In this document: in pieces, positions 12,035-24,767 of the stretch
Position numbering within the stretch: the stretch's first letter is position 1
Layout: each line of letters starts with the position of its first letter
NCBI GenBank assembly: GCA_002633005.1
Contig: NMRA01000544.1
Coordinates: 44,479 to 108,478, forward strand
Source: Phoronis australis
Lineage: Eukaryota > Animalia > Phoronida
Length of the DNA stretch: 64,000 nt
Direction of reading: 5' to 3'
Notes under the pieces: generated by a model
What the model was told of the DNA's origin: nothing
The model's input: only the letters and a program-made list of their open reading frames with translations
The model's database searches: none
Made by a program: the position numbers and the translations under genes

Positions 12035-15000
12035 ATTACTCTGCGCGTGCAAGCGCAGAGTACTGTTGTTCCTGGGTTTTCTTCAACTTTATTACTCTGC
12101 GCGTGAAAGCGCAGAGTACTGTTGTTCCTGGGTTTTCTTCAAGTTTATTCTTCTTATTCTTATTCTTCTTCCGACCAATTTTGAGGCTTAATAACTCCAA
12201 ATTGGGTGCAGGTACGGTCTTTAAATTCAGCATATTATTCTTGACAGTTTTTCTAAATTTTGATTCGTTATATAATCATATAATCATATTCCATATTGCA
12301 CCGAAAGGGGTCGTTTAGTGCAAAGGTCATCTAATTTTCAAAATGCTACTCCTTCTTTATTTTAAAAGCTATTCTTTTCAAATTTGGTACACAGGTCTAA
12401 GTCACTAAGGCAGTTTAAAAATTACTTTTTTAAGTAATTGGGTCATCCAATCAGGTTAAACAGGTCAAAGGCCATTGAAAAAAACAGTGAAGATGGTCTG
12501 ATGTCATTTGCGGTGCATCAGACGTTCGCAGGCCTCATGGTTGGGCCCATTGCACAAAACACCTGAGTAAAGGCACGAGACCCCAATTATGGCTCCTCGT
12601 CATTAGGTGCAAACTAAGATTTTGAGCTAGACACTACAAATTAACAGGTCAGATTGGCACAAGTAATTCAATTCGGAATCCAAAGTTTCAGGTCATTTAG
12701 TGCAAACATGGGGTCATTAGGTGCATTTTTCTTCTGAAAATTTGACCGGCACAAGTAATTCAATTCGGAATCTAAAGTTTCAGGTCATTTAGTGCAAACA
12801 TGGGGTCATTAGGTGCATTTTTCTTCTGAAAATTTGACCTTTCATTCACCAAATATTCTGATGTGTCAACCGTTAGACAAATGTGATTCTTAGCATTAAA
12901 CACATTTTTCATGGGCTTTGCAATAAATCTCCTAGAGACGCTTATAATGCACCGGATGGGGTCAATTAGTGCAAAGGTCATCTAACGTTCAAAATGTTAT
13001 ATCTTACGTTTTTCAAGGAATTCTTTTCAATTTCAGCACATTGGTGTAAGTAAACATGCCAATTGAACACCCTACTTTACTACGCAATAGGCCTAACCAA
13101 TCAGAAAAATAGGTCAAAGGTCATAGAGTGCAAACTAAAATTTTGTGCTAGAGACTTCAATATTACATATCTGTTTACTAAATGAGATTGAGTTTGAATT
13201 GTAAATTTTCAAGACATTTGGTGTACCCATGGGGTCATTAGGTGCATTTTTCTTCTGAAAGTGTGACCAATTCGTCCATCTTGTATTCTGAAGTGCTTAA
13301 AGTAAAACATCTGTGATTCTTAGCATTAACCACACTTATAATCGTGTCTACAATTATACCTTGATCGGGGCTCATAATGCATCGGACGAGGTCAATTAGT
13401 GGAAAGGTCATCAAAATATTAGCATGTAATTTCTCCTACACTTTTAACGAATTCCTTTTCATATTGGTAAACGGGTTGCTGTCAGTAATTTCCAAAAAAC
13501 AATTCCAGCAATGCGCACGCGCCGAGTCCATTATTGTCACGCTGTGACAATAACCTTTTTAGTTCTTATTCTTATTCTTATTCTTCTTCCGACCAACTTT
13601 GTGGCTTAATAACTCCAAATTGGGTGCAGCTACGTTCTTTAAATTCAGCATATCATTTTTGACGGTACATAAATTTTGATTCGTTGTATAATTATATTCC
13701 ATATTGCACCGGAAGAGGTCATTTGGTGCAAAGGTCATATAATATTCAAAATGCTACTCCTTCTTTATTTTAAAAGCTACTCTTTTTAAATTCCGTACAC
13801 AGGTATAAGTCAAAAAGGCAATTTAAAAAATTGCTTTTCTAAGTAATCGGGTCATCCAATCAGGTTGAACTGGTCAAAGGTCAATAGGTGCAAACTAAGA
13901 TTTTGAGCTAGACACTTCAAATTCACAGGTCTGATTGGCACAGGTAATTCAATTCGGAATCCAAAGTTTCAGGTCATTTAGTGCAAACATGGGGTCATTA
14001 GGTGCATTTTTCTTCTGAAAATTTGACCTTTTCATTCGCCAAGTACACAGATGTGCAAAGGTCATCTAACGTTCAAAATGTTTATCTCACGTTTTTCAAG
14101 GAATTCTTTTCAATTTCAGCACACTGGGGTAAGTCAGCATGCCAATTGAACACCCTACTTTACTACGCAATATGCCTAACCAATCAGAAAAAATAGGTCA
14201 AAGGTCATTGGGTGCAAACTAAAATTTTGAGCTAGACACTTCAAATTCACAAGTCTGATTGGTACGTCTTAGTCAATTCGAAATACGAAGTTTCAGGTCA
14301 TTTAGTGCAACCATGGGGTCATTAGGTGCAGTTTTCTTCTGAAAATTTGACCTTTTCATTCACCAAATACACAGATGTGTCAACCGTAAGACAACTGTGA
14401 TTCTCAGCATTAAACACACTTTTCACGGGCCTTACAATGATTCTCCTAAAGACGCTTATAATGCACCGGATAGGGTCAATTAGTGCATAGGTCATCTAAC
14501 GTTCATTTTTCAAGGAATACTTTTCAAGTTCAGCACACTGTTGTAAGTCACCATGCCAATCGAACGTCCTACTTTACTTTGCAATATGCCTAACCAATCA
14601 GAAAAATAGGTCGGTCATTGAGTGCAAACTAAAATTTTGAGCTACAGACTTCAAAATTACACATCTGTTTAGTAAATTTGATTTATTTTGAATTCTAAAT
14701 TATCAGGTCATTTGGTGCACCCATGGGGTCATTGGGTGCATTTTTCTTCTGAACGTTTGACCAATTCATTCACGTTGTATTCTAAAGTGCTTAAAGTAAA
14801 ACATCTGTGATTCTTAGCATTAACCACACTTTTAATCGAGTTGACAATTATTCCCTCACCGGGCTCATAATGCACCGAAAGACGTCAATTAGTGGAAAGG
14901 TCATCAAAATATTAACATGTTATTTTTCCTACAATTTTAACGAATTCCTTTTCAAATTGGTTAACGGGTTGCTACCAGTAACTTCCCATAACAATTCGTT

Positions 15001-15056
15001 TAATACACAGGCGCAGAGTCCATTGTTGTCACGGCGTGACAATAATACTTCTAGTT
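12035..15056 (+). mobile_element. Helentron-associated non-autonomous element (HINE/DINE-1-like), two head-to-tail units
   Basis: 5' hairpin ACTCTGCGC..GCGCAGAGT (duplicated at 12038 and 12094), a TTATTC/TTC microsatellite and internal core repeats. The 3' subterminal GCGCAGAGT plus palindrome TTGTCAC-GGC-GTGACAA plus CTAGTT lies at 15011-15056, and the same 3' end occurs at 13519-13564. Confidence 0.7.
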
Positions 15057-15283
15057 TAGATTAAAAAGTGCTCGAGAACTTCTGAAACTTCCTGCAGATG
15101 GGGATCCATTGCTAAGTTGTCAGTTTAAGTTTTTTTTAAGGAGGTACAAATCTCAGGTTTCAAAAGGGGAAGAGTGGAGGTTTCAAAACTTGTATTCTTG
15201 AATCAAACATTGCCGACTGTTTGGGTGTACTTCCCAATAGGCGTGCTTACTGCCTTAGAAGCATATGTAAGTAAAACAAAAAC

Positions 15284-16115
15284 TTGACGACGGTTATGGT
15301 TTCATTGGCAAAGACGATGGCAACAATGATGACGATGACAATAACAACGACGGCGACGACGATGATGATGTTGTTGGTGGTGATGGTGATGGTGATGATG
15401 ATGGTGACGGCGTTGGTAATGATGACAATGGAAATGGTGATGAAGATGATGAAATTGACGACGACGACGATGGCGAGTGATGATGATGATGATGATCATG
15501 ATCGCGATCACCATCATGACGACGATGATGACAAAGATGATGATAATGATGACGAAGATAGTAATTATGCTGATGGAGTTGGTGGTGGTGGTGGTGGTGG
15601 TGATGATGGCGATAATAGCAGAGGGGATGATTACGATGGTGTTGTTGCTGATACCGGTGATGGTGATGGTGATGACGAGGATGCTGATGCTGATACTGAT
15701 GGAGCATTGCAAACTGTTTGGGGATAACTTGCCAACGGACGTGCTAAATGCTTTAGAAACAGTTGTAAGTAGAACAAATTCTTGACGACGGTTACTGTTG
15801 CAGATGATGATGGTGACCACGACGACGAAGACGATGAAAATGATGGTGATGAGGAGGCTGATGGTGATAATGAAGATTAAGGTGATGTCGATGGTGACAG
15901 TTATGGTTATGATGGCGATGGCGCTGAGGATGATGATATGGATGACGACGACGATGATGAAGATGATGTTGATGATGATGATGACGATGTTGTTGATGAG
16001 GATGACAACGACAATGGTGATATTGATGATGATAATGATGCTTGTGCGGCAACGGTGGCTGGTGGTTACGGTGAATTGTTAGACGCAATAGAGGCAGCAA
16101 AAGTGGCAATGATGA
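15284..16115. repeat. Imperfect (GAT/GAC/GGT)n trinucleotide low-complexity tract, two blocks
   Basis: Long GAT-rich runs. Both blocks start with TTGACGACGGTTA (15284, 15782). Confidence 0.9.
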
Positions 16116-16497
16116 ATGCAGGAGTGACAGTAAAGACAGAGATTGTAATTAGTATAGCATTTCCAATTATGCAAAGGAAAATAATCTTGAGCATCACTTG
16201 AACTTTATCTGTTTCAGAAAAATGTGGAAACCAAATTTTAAAAATCCACTGGAAATATCAACGCAGGCGGCGTCATTGTAAAAGTATGAATAGGCATCCT
16301 TGGAAGGTAAAATACGTGTAAATACAGATGTACTCGTATATTCTATTTTCCTTTATATTAGTGGCACGTATGAAAAAAGATTCAGTTTGGAATGGCCCAA
16401 AAGCGGGAACAATTCAGCGCCATGTTGTTTTCGATTTGCCCATAACACGAAGAGCCCGGATAAACTCAACTCTTTCACCTTTAACTTCATGGCCCAT

Positions 16498-16532
16498 TTA
16501 CGTAATGCGCAATGAACAGCCGATGGTATAAA
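16498..16532 (+). promoter_or_regulatory. Core promoter of the orphan CYP exon 1 (TTACGTAA PAR-bZIP-type site and TATA box)
   Basis: TTACGTAA at 16498-16505 and TATAAA at 16527-16532, 60 bp before the ATG. The layout is conserved in all three exon-1 copies. Confidence 0.6.
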
Positions 16533-16586
16533 TTTCTCAGGAAGATTTAGTGTCACCATTAATAATCAGACTCAGGACTATAGCAG

Positions 16587-16831
16587 ATGGCATTCTTCCT
16601 AATCCTAAACGTTCAGTCCTTAATGGCACTTATCTCTTTGGTTCTGCTTGTCGTTTGGTATGTGCAGCAAAGTCGAAAAATACCATCGGGTGTTCCACGA
16701 GTGCCCTATTTGCCTATCATAGGCTCAATTCCGTGGAACGGATCTTTACAGCAATTCTCTGAGCATGTGGGAAAGTCATTTTACGATCTATCAGCCAAGT
16801 ACGGACATGTGTTTTATTTCCGACTAATTGG
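16587..16831 (+). CDS. Orphan exon 1 of a clan-2 cytochrome P450 (truncated paralog or alternative first exon)
   Basis: MAFFLILNV.. membrane anchor and P-rich hinge (PSGVPRVPYLPIIG), 245 nt, intact GTAGGT donor. Homology to intron 1 stops at ~16940. Confidence 0.7.
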
Positions 16832-16940
16832 GTAGGTAGGTGGTGAACCTCCCAATGGGAGACTTTGTATTCACTATGCATTTACTTCGTGAGCCAACAC
16901 TGGCGCATAGTCTTACTTAGTTCTGGTCAGATAATTTTCT

Positions 16941-18461
16941 TTGCTCTTGGGTCACTTAGAATGTTAGTTTTAATGGCTGCACCCACATTTTTGTGGTCAA
17001 GAAATCTGAAAATGCACCTTATTAAATGAAAAGCATAATTAAAACCCCATTTAATTAGCAGCCACATTTTCTACATGTATTCTTCATGTAATCCGACACA
17101 TGATCACTATCTTTCGTTCTTGTCATGAGTTTGTTCGCAGCTTGTTTTCTTCAAGACACTTAAAACTTAACCAGTACCTAAACAACTTATTTACGTTTGA
17201 AGAACACGAAAGTATGTCTTTTGTAGTGTCAATAGTCTTTCAAAACTTTGAAATCAGTCAGTAGATCATTACAACAGCAGTCACTGTCACCAGGAATCAC
17301 ATCGTCATCACCATTCTGACATTCTGCACTGTACTGACATAGATATGTGTAAAATAGGTCCTTTGATCCGCAAGAGCATCTTTTGGGATGTTCTTTATGT
17401 AAGTCTCATCTCTTATCTGGTACTGTACTGGAATCTTTCTCTGCCTCCTTTTTCTCCTGTGGCTTGTTTCAAAGAATTGTCTTTGTGTGTGTCCAAAACC
17501 AGAATGATATCGTCATAATCTCTTCCATATTATTCACACGTGCAATTTGTGGCTTCGGTGAACACACTCATTGGATTTTGTTTACATGTTTTCTGGGTCT
17601 AAAAACTCTTGCAGGCAGCTTGAAGACTGTCCTGTTCTAAGACGTCTTCTTCGGAAAGTTTTTGCAGAAGGTAAATTCTATTCGATTTGTCTGTGCATGA
17701 CGGCATTTTCCCACTGGCAGTAAAGATTGCTCTTGGTATCAGGGTGAATTCATAGTGGCTGATAGCATGTTTCTGGTCGAATTGCCCAGCAGGCTACAAC
17801 TCCTGTTGTTCTCGTCATTTATCCTCAGCCTGGTCACTGCCAAACTTATCTGCCATCCGACTGTCAAAGGCAAAATGCATTTCCAGTGAGTAGAGGAGAA
17901 CTGGATTCCAAAGTGAACAGTGGAAATAATAACGAAATTTTCAAAAGATATGTCTCAAATATCTTTTCAAAAAGATATAGATATACACTGTAAATATACA
18001 AGTAGGTTTATCTGCGTTTCTGTGATTCCTTTAAATATTCTGGGGGTTTGTATCTGCTATTAAAATCATTGAGATTATATTATCATTTTAGAAATAGTGT
18101 TTTTCAATTCCTTACACCACAAAATGTGGGTGCAGCCATTAAAACCAACATTCTAAGTGACCAAGAAGCAGAAATACTGACCAAAATGTATTTTACAGAT
18201 GCTAATTGTGAAATTTCAACTGCAGGTGTAGCTACGGTATAGAAATTAACAGTCTCAATGACCCAAGGGCGGATATATTGGCAAAACCCATTTTACCGGC
18301 GCCATTTTTGAAAATGCAAGATGGTTGCCAAGATGGCATCGAAAAAATGGAATCAATTATTTTCTGACTTATCACTCCATGAGGTTTCCAAAAATGTATA
18401 GTTTCAATTTCCCCCAAAAATTCCAGCGAATGTCAAAAGTCGGACATAATGAACCTGACTA
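16941..18461. mobile_element. 5'-truncated copy of the Academ-type non-autonomous element
   Basis: Aligns to 30179-31708. Ends AACCTGACTA followed by ATA. Confidence 0.75.
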
Positions 18462-20013
18462 ATATGCCGCAAAAAGGTAGTGAAAGCACTGAACGGCGTG
18501 CAGGTCAGGAATATGATGTGGGGAAGCTGGGAAGCGAAAACAATCACAATTTTTCGAACAGTCCTTCGTTCAGTTGCTCAACTTGGCAACTGGCCATTTT
18601 TACACTGCTGGTGCCAGAACATAATATCTGACTACGGAACTGCATGAAGATAAATCCAAAATACTTGACCACGTGTTAAGAATCGTGGTATCGCAAACAC
18701 GTTTTTACTATAAAAGTCAAACTTGGAATCGTGATAACTGAAGACAAACGTGCGTGGGAGAAGAATTTATTCTAAATTTCCTGGTGGCTGAGGGACGCGT
18801 AGTATGTATAGCAGATTAAGGGCGGGGGTGGATAGGAACGGTTTGAAGTAAGGTGTGGGAGCAGGGCTGATCTCTTTGCGAGCACATAATTACACAAGTG
18901 CCTGGTGCTTGATCGGGGGTGACATCAGATCCGTGAGAGAGGAATACCGTGCGTGAGAGAAGAATATTTGTCCGTTGGCAATCCCGAGCGATGAACAGGA
19001 GAGGAATTGAGCCTGTGTTCTTTGCTTTTTACAGTATGGAGTTCTCCCGTTTAGTCTAACTTGTTAGGTCGTATAGCACAAGTTGGGCGGATGACCGCTG
19101 GAGCCAATATCTCACACCGACGACTGATTATGTCCATTCTGACAATTAGGGTTGGAGAGTCAGCCCTCTTTTGTTCGATAGTTGCTCTAATCTGTAACAA
19201 ATCATATCTTAATGACTCAAAGGGCTGTGGTGTTAAAAATAAGTTAAGTTATAAAATGTTTGAACATAAACCAATGACATTTCTATATTCCCCATCAACT
19301 ACTGGTCATGCTTACATGTAAAGTTTTTTAATCACCAAAATCGCCCAACTATACAATAGCACGCTCATAACCGCTGTACGTGTGGTAAGGTCACGGAATG
19401 GGAGAACGCCCTACTGAACTTTAAAAACCTGTCCTTTATCTTATTACTCCAATTTCTAATTATATATAACATCCATTTCTACATTTTGAAGACAATTTTT
19501 TCGACTGGTGTTGTATTCCAACATCAAATTGCCCATAACGACGTCGACCAGTCCAAACACGAAATACAGGTTCCCACACCATGGACCTGTGGCCTTGGGT
19601 GGATGCCTGTACTAGTTTGGCCTCTGATATCTTTTCAGCTCCAGTCGAAGAACCACTTTCGACAACCTATCTTAATACATACCAAGAGTTTTTCAACAAA
19701 ACATTATGTGTGTTAAAATCCTGTTACTGTATTTTACTTGGGCATCACTTGAAATTGATCAATTTCAGAAAAAATATGGAAAACAAATTTAAAAAATCCA
19801 CTGGAAGTATCAATGAAGATGGCGTCAGTAAGGATAGGCATACTTGGATGGTAAAATACGAATAAATACAAATGTACATTCCACTTTACTTTATATTAGT
19901 AGCACATGTGAAAAAAACATTTTTTTGGGATATCCAAAAAGCGTTATCGATTTGCCCATTACACGAAAGGCCCTGATAAACTCAACTCCTTTACCCTCCA
20001 CCTTTGAGCCCAT

Positions 20014-20048
20014 TTACGTCACGCGCAATCAACAGCCGACGGTATAAA
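20014..20048 (+). promoter_or_regulatory. Core promoter of CYP copy B (TTACGTCA site and TATA box)
   Basis: TTACGTCA at 20014-20021 and TATAAA at 20043-20048, upstream of ATG 20104. Confidence 0.6.
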
Positions 20049-20103
20049 TTTCCCAGGTAGATTTTTGTGTCACCATTAATAATCAGACTCAGGACTATAG
20101 CAG

Positions 20104-20348
20104 ATGGCATTCTTCCTAACCCTAAACGTTCCGTCCTTACTGGCACTTATCTGTTTGGTTCTACTTGTCGTTTGGTATGTGCAACAAAATCGAAAGATAC
20201 CATCGGGTGTTCCACGAGTGCCCTATTTGCCTATCATAGGCTCAATTCCGTGGGCCGGATCTTTACAGCAATTCTCTGAGCATGTGGGAAAGTCACTTTA
20301 CGATCTATCAGCCAAGTACGGACAAGTGTTTTATTTCCGACTAATTGG
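20104..20348 (+). CDS. CYP copy B exon 1
   Basis: Membrane anchor and proline hinge; donor GTAGGT. Confidence 0.9.
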
Positions 20349-23300
20349 GTAGGTAGGTGGTGAACCTCCCAGTGGGAGACTTGGTATTCACTATGTATTT
20401 ACTTCGTAAGCCAACACAGTGGCGCATTGTCTTACTTAGTTCTGGTCAGATCATTTCCACGTGCAATTAGAAGCTTTACTTTCAGACAAAAAGAGAACGA
20501 ATGGCAGATACAACCGTGTTCGCACAAAAGCAGAATAGAAAATTCCAAAAATAATTTCAATTTAGAGTAAAAAGATTAGACTCCGGGCCTAAGCAATTGT
20601 AGACAATTTGCAAATGTATAGTTCAAAACAATGTGTGTGAACCAAAGTCAAACAGATGTTATTTTACATTCGAACTTCTAAAAATCGAATATCCTGTCCA
20701 TTTGTGTCAGTTTACGATATTTCAAATTCTGTCATCCGCAGAATTGACATGTTAGTAGTCAATGGGTATGAAGCCGTGAAAGACGTGTTGGGTACAAGGG
20801 GCGCTGACTTCGCCGGCCGAGCAGGGGCGCTGCAACTAGTTAAAAGACCACAAGTACACCCGTTCGGTAACTATCGCTATCGTTATCGCTACCATCAACG
20901 TTGACGTCATTGTTACTTAATAGATTAATTCGGGTGTGGAATTAAGAATAGTTGTGAAGTTGGTCCACATAAAGTAACTCTACTTTTTAATCCTTGTTCT
21001 GTCCAACGCCACAATTGCTGGAGGGATACTTTCGACATACATTTTTATTCTCTTGGCAAATGCCAATGACGAAGTTGTTTTTTTTAGAGTTTGATGGCAA
21101 ATGGTTATCAAGCTCCACGTACGTTTTAACAAATAAAAGTGCCATCTTTGAAAACGTTGTCAACTGATTAGGCTAATTCACTGATTACTGGATTTTATTT
21201 AGTAAGAATATTTTCTTTAGTCTATTCAGGTTTGTAGTTGAAAAATTGGCATGGCCTAGTACCCATTGCTTGGTGCTCTGAAGGAAACACATTGACCATT
21301 GACCCTTTACATCCGTTAATACATTAAGGCAGCATTATTCAGCGGCGTTAACGCACAGAATACACAATCATGCACTGCAATTAGTTAAAATGTTCTTTTT
21401 GTCCTATTAAGGAGTGCTCGATGGCGATTACACTGACCAATGGAAGGAACAGCGGAAGTTCTTGTTACACAACCTCAGAATGTTTGGCTTCGGAAAGCGA
21501 CGGTTTGAAGGCCACATCTTGGAGGAAATCCAATGTTTTCTGTTGAAAATTGAAAAAACCAACAGCTTACCTTTTGACTTCAGACCCTATGCCTCCAACT
21601 GCATGTCTAACGTAATCATTTCGATGATATTTGGTGAGAGATACGACTACGGGGATGAAAACTTCATGTAAGTCATTGGTACTGTACACGTTTGTCTGTT
21701 ATCTGTATTCCTTTCGTTTCATATTCGTAAAAGTAATTCCAGTAGCGAAATGGAACGTGAACTAATTTAATCAAAAATAAGTCTAAAGAATAATCGTTTA
21801 ATATGTTGCCAATTTTCAAAATCAAAGAGGTGGAATGTGAATTGATTCAACTGACATAATCTTGTTAAGGACTCTCAGTCTCCGTCTCACATTGAAACGT
21901 AAACTTTATAACTATACACAAGGAACATGAAACGCATTAAGTTCTATTGCCCCCTCGTTCTTCTTCTTCTTTTTCTCTTAGTCCCTTTCTTCTTCTTTTT
22001 TTTCTTCTTCAATTCCCCCATTTTGTAGTTGAGAGTAACGTACGTGCAGACGAAAACTTTCACTAGTCCTTTACATGTGTTCTTCTCCAAGCATAAAATT
22101 TGAACGTCTTAATGTTGTATGATTGCAGATTTCTATCCGAAACTTTTAGAAAGTACGTCATGCTCAGAGCAGCGCCGCCACTTGCAGAGCTCCACCCAGA
22201 CTTGAAATGGTGGCCAACCGCTGTAAATTACCGCCGAAACACGGTCAAATTAACAGATCAACTACTAGGCTTCTTTCAGAAGAAAATCGACGAGCACTGG
22301 CAAACGTTCGACAAAGACAACCTTCGAGACATCATTGATGGCTACATTCTGGAAAACAAACAGGATCCCAATACAAAGTTCTCTATTCAGCAACTGAAAC
22401 ATTCTATTTTTGAACTTTTCATTGGCGGTCTAGAAACCACAACGACCTTCATGCAGTGGGCGATGATTTACATGGCCAACAATCAAGACGTTCAAGACAA
22501 GGTGAAAGCTGAAATAGACTCCGTGTTTGGAAACGAAATACCGTCCTTAATCGATAGACAAAAATTGCCATACACAGAAGCCGTTCTGATAGAGCTAAAA
22601 AGGATAGCGTCTGTTCTTACTTTAACGGCTTTTCATAAAGCTCTACGAGATACGGAGGTTTGTGGCGTCCCGGTGGCAAAAGACACCATGGTGAGTTTAT
22701 TATATAACGACCATAGTTGTGAAGGTGAAAAATTGTTTTCACAAAAAAAACAACCACATGCACGCGCTTGCACACATAAACAGTCCACAACTAATCCTAC
22801 TGACTACACAGAAAAATTAAATTTCAAATAACACCATATTCTTTCTACAAAATCTGAATGTTAAGATTGTATTGTCGTCCTTGTAAACTCGGATATGGAG
22901 CTTGGCACAACATCAATTGTAATATCCACTGTAAACACTACACTCGCTGACAACAAAGATTACTACAAGCACACGAATGGCTACCATAATTTTGACCATA
23001 ATTGTGACAGCTCAGAGCCGTAGGAAGCGGCGGAAGCAATGGGCACTAACTGCCAGTCTCAAGGGCGATATTTACGGGTATGTGGAGACTTGAGAAATTT
23101 GAGTCGACCGGAGAATGTTTAAATTGGTGAACGGCAAAGGCTCATAAGTGGTGGAGAAAACGGGTGACGACTGCGCGGAAGAATTATCTGTCCTCCTTGC
23201 ATTTAACATGACCCTATCATCCCCTATCATTACCATCACTTCATATTTATTGCAGCCGCCGCAAATACCTGAAAGAAAGTTCGTGTATTTCCAAATGTAA

Positions 23301-24767
23301 GCCTGTTTTAGTACTTTCTTTTGGAGACAGAATTTCATGTACTTTTTATGGTTTCTCAAGATGAACTCTACCGGTGACATTCCATTTAAAAAATCCAGTT
23401 TTTCAAAAGTATGCGCACGAGCATATTTGAGATAATAGAAAACCCAAAAGTTGTCATTTGGCTGCGAGCCTAGTCTCGTTTTTCGCAAGTCCAGAAATGG
23501 ATTTTAAACTGAATAATAAACAATTAATAATAAAAAATTTGAGACCAGTGTCAGAATCATTAGTGAATAAAACCAAACGTTAGGTTTGAAAGACAGTTGA
23601 CTCTTAACCGCTTGCTTTTTAAGGGATGTTTTCTTCATTTTTTAATTGATTTAGACTGTTCTGATATGGCTGATGATTTTTCAGAGGTTGTGAAATATTT
23701 CGTTTCTCCTCAGATTGCTGTGAACCTCTACTCTGTTCTCCACGATCCGGGCATGTTTCCTGACCCTGATGAGTTCCGCCCTGAGAGATTCCTCACTAAA
23801 GACATGCAATTCATCCGTGACGAGCGCGTAATTCCGTTTGGACTGGGTAGGTTAAAATCTCCCCTAAAATGTGACCCACGTCGTGGTGGGTTGGCAATGA
23901 AATCTGCGTTCTGAGCCCTAACCTTTAACGCTTTGTGAAGTTGTCTAGTGTAGTCTTACAAGAGGAGCCCCATGGTATGGTGATTGTGTTGTCTGCCTAA
24001 TTGCTGATCACGTTGTCATTTCCTTATGACGCCAATAAACTTCGTGTTGTGTCTCGAAGACATTAACTTCTCATTAAGACCACCTATCGATATAAAAGTG
24101 TTCTCCACGTGTTCCTAACTCAAATACGAAGTGATTTTTGGTCTTGTAAAAGAATTGACAGCGCCTTACTGCACAACAACGTGTCCATCATATAATATGA
24201 CTAGTCGTGACTGGTCAGGTGATAGAGCACAACCCCAAGCATAAAACGAGCTTTCAGTCATTTGCAGCATAGTGATTACTCTTAGTTTGACTAAGGAACA
24301 ATTTGAGATCAATTCCGTAACTGTGAATGGTCTAAATCAAAACATATGGTGGTCCATATGTGAGCTTATAGCAGCCTCAGTAGAACACCTGTATGCACAA
24401 TAGACACGCCAAGTTGGTAGTGTGGTTATATCTAGGGTCAAGAATACTATGTAAGCAAACGATTTTCCTCATGAACAATAGTTTACGGTTTTGTGTCTAT
24501 TTTTAGTCATTGTGTAGGACTAGTCAAAATGGTCCTGCTTTTTGACTTGACGGTCTACGTTGTAGTTGTCGTGCTGTTCTTTTAGGTCCTCGTGTGTGTC
24601 TTGGACAACAGTTGGCAAAACAGGAGCTGTTTCTTTTCTTCACCAGCATACTTCACCGCTTTCGGATTACACCGCCACCTGGCGTCGACAAAATTTGCGT
24701 GACTGGCTTCACTCGCATCTCCTACCACCCCAAGCCGCACATGATTTGCGCAAGGCCGTATTGTTGA
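20104..24767 (+). CDS. Cytochrome P450, clan 2 (CYP2-like), copy B, six exons, 500 aa
   Basis: join(20104-20348,20742-20866,21412-21667,22129-22690,23714-23846,24586-24767) = 1503 nt. All introns are GT-AG and in phase. Motifs: WKEQR, ELFIGGLETT, ELKR, FRPERF, FGLGPRVCLG. AATAAA at 24937. Confidence 0.93.
20742..20866 (+). CDS. CYP copy B exon 2
   Basis: IDMLVVNGYEAVKDVL..DFAGR; ccgcag acceptor, GTAACT donor. Confidence 0.9.
21412..21667 (+). CDS. CYP copy B exon 3
   Basis: WKEQRKFLLHNLRMFGFGK..SNVIISMIFGERYDY; GTAAGT donor. Confidence 0.9.
22129..22690 (+). CDS. CYP copy B exon 4
   Basis: I-helix ELFIGGLETT, K-helix LPYTEAVLIELKR; GTGAGT donor. Confidence 0.92.
23714..23846 (+). CDS. CYP copy B exon 5
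   Basis: NLYSVLHDP..FRPERF..IPFGL; ctcctcag acceptor. Confidence 0.9.
24586..24767 (+). CDS. CYP copy B exon 6 (heme Cys)
   Basis: GPRVCLGQQLAKQELFLFF...CARPYC*; not called in this frame by the ORF track. Confidence 0.9.

Noticed and set aside
15284-16201. Poly-Asp, poly-His and poly-Met ORFs
   Set aside because: These are frame artefacts of a GAT microsatellite, open in several frames on both strands, with no convincing splice context.
22691-22831. ORF extensions past the CYP exon-4 donor (also 41407-41607)
   Set aside because: Read-through into intron; P450 similarity stops at the GTGAGT donor and the two copies diverge there.
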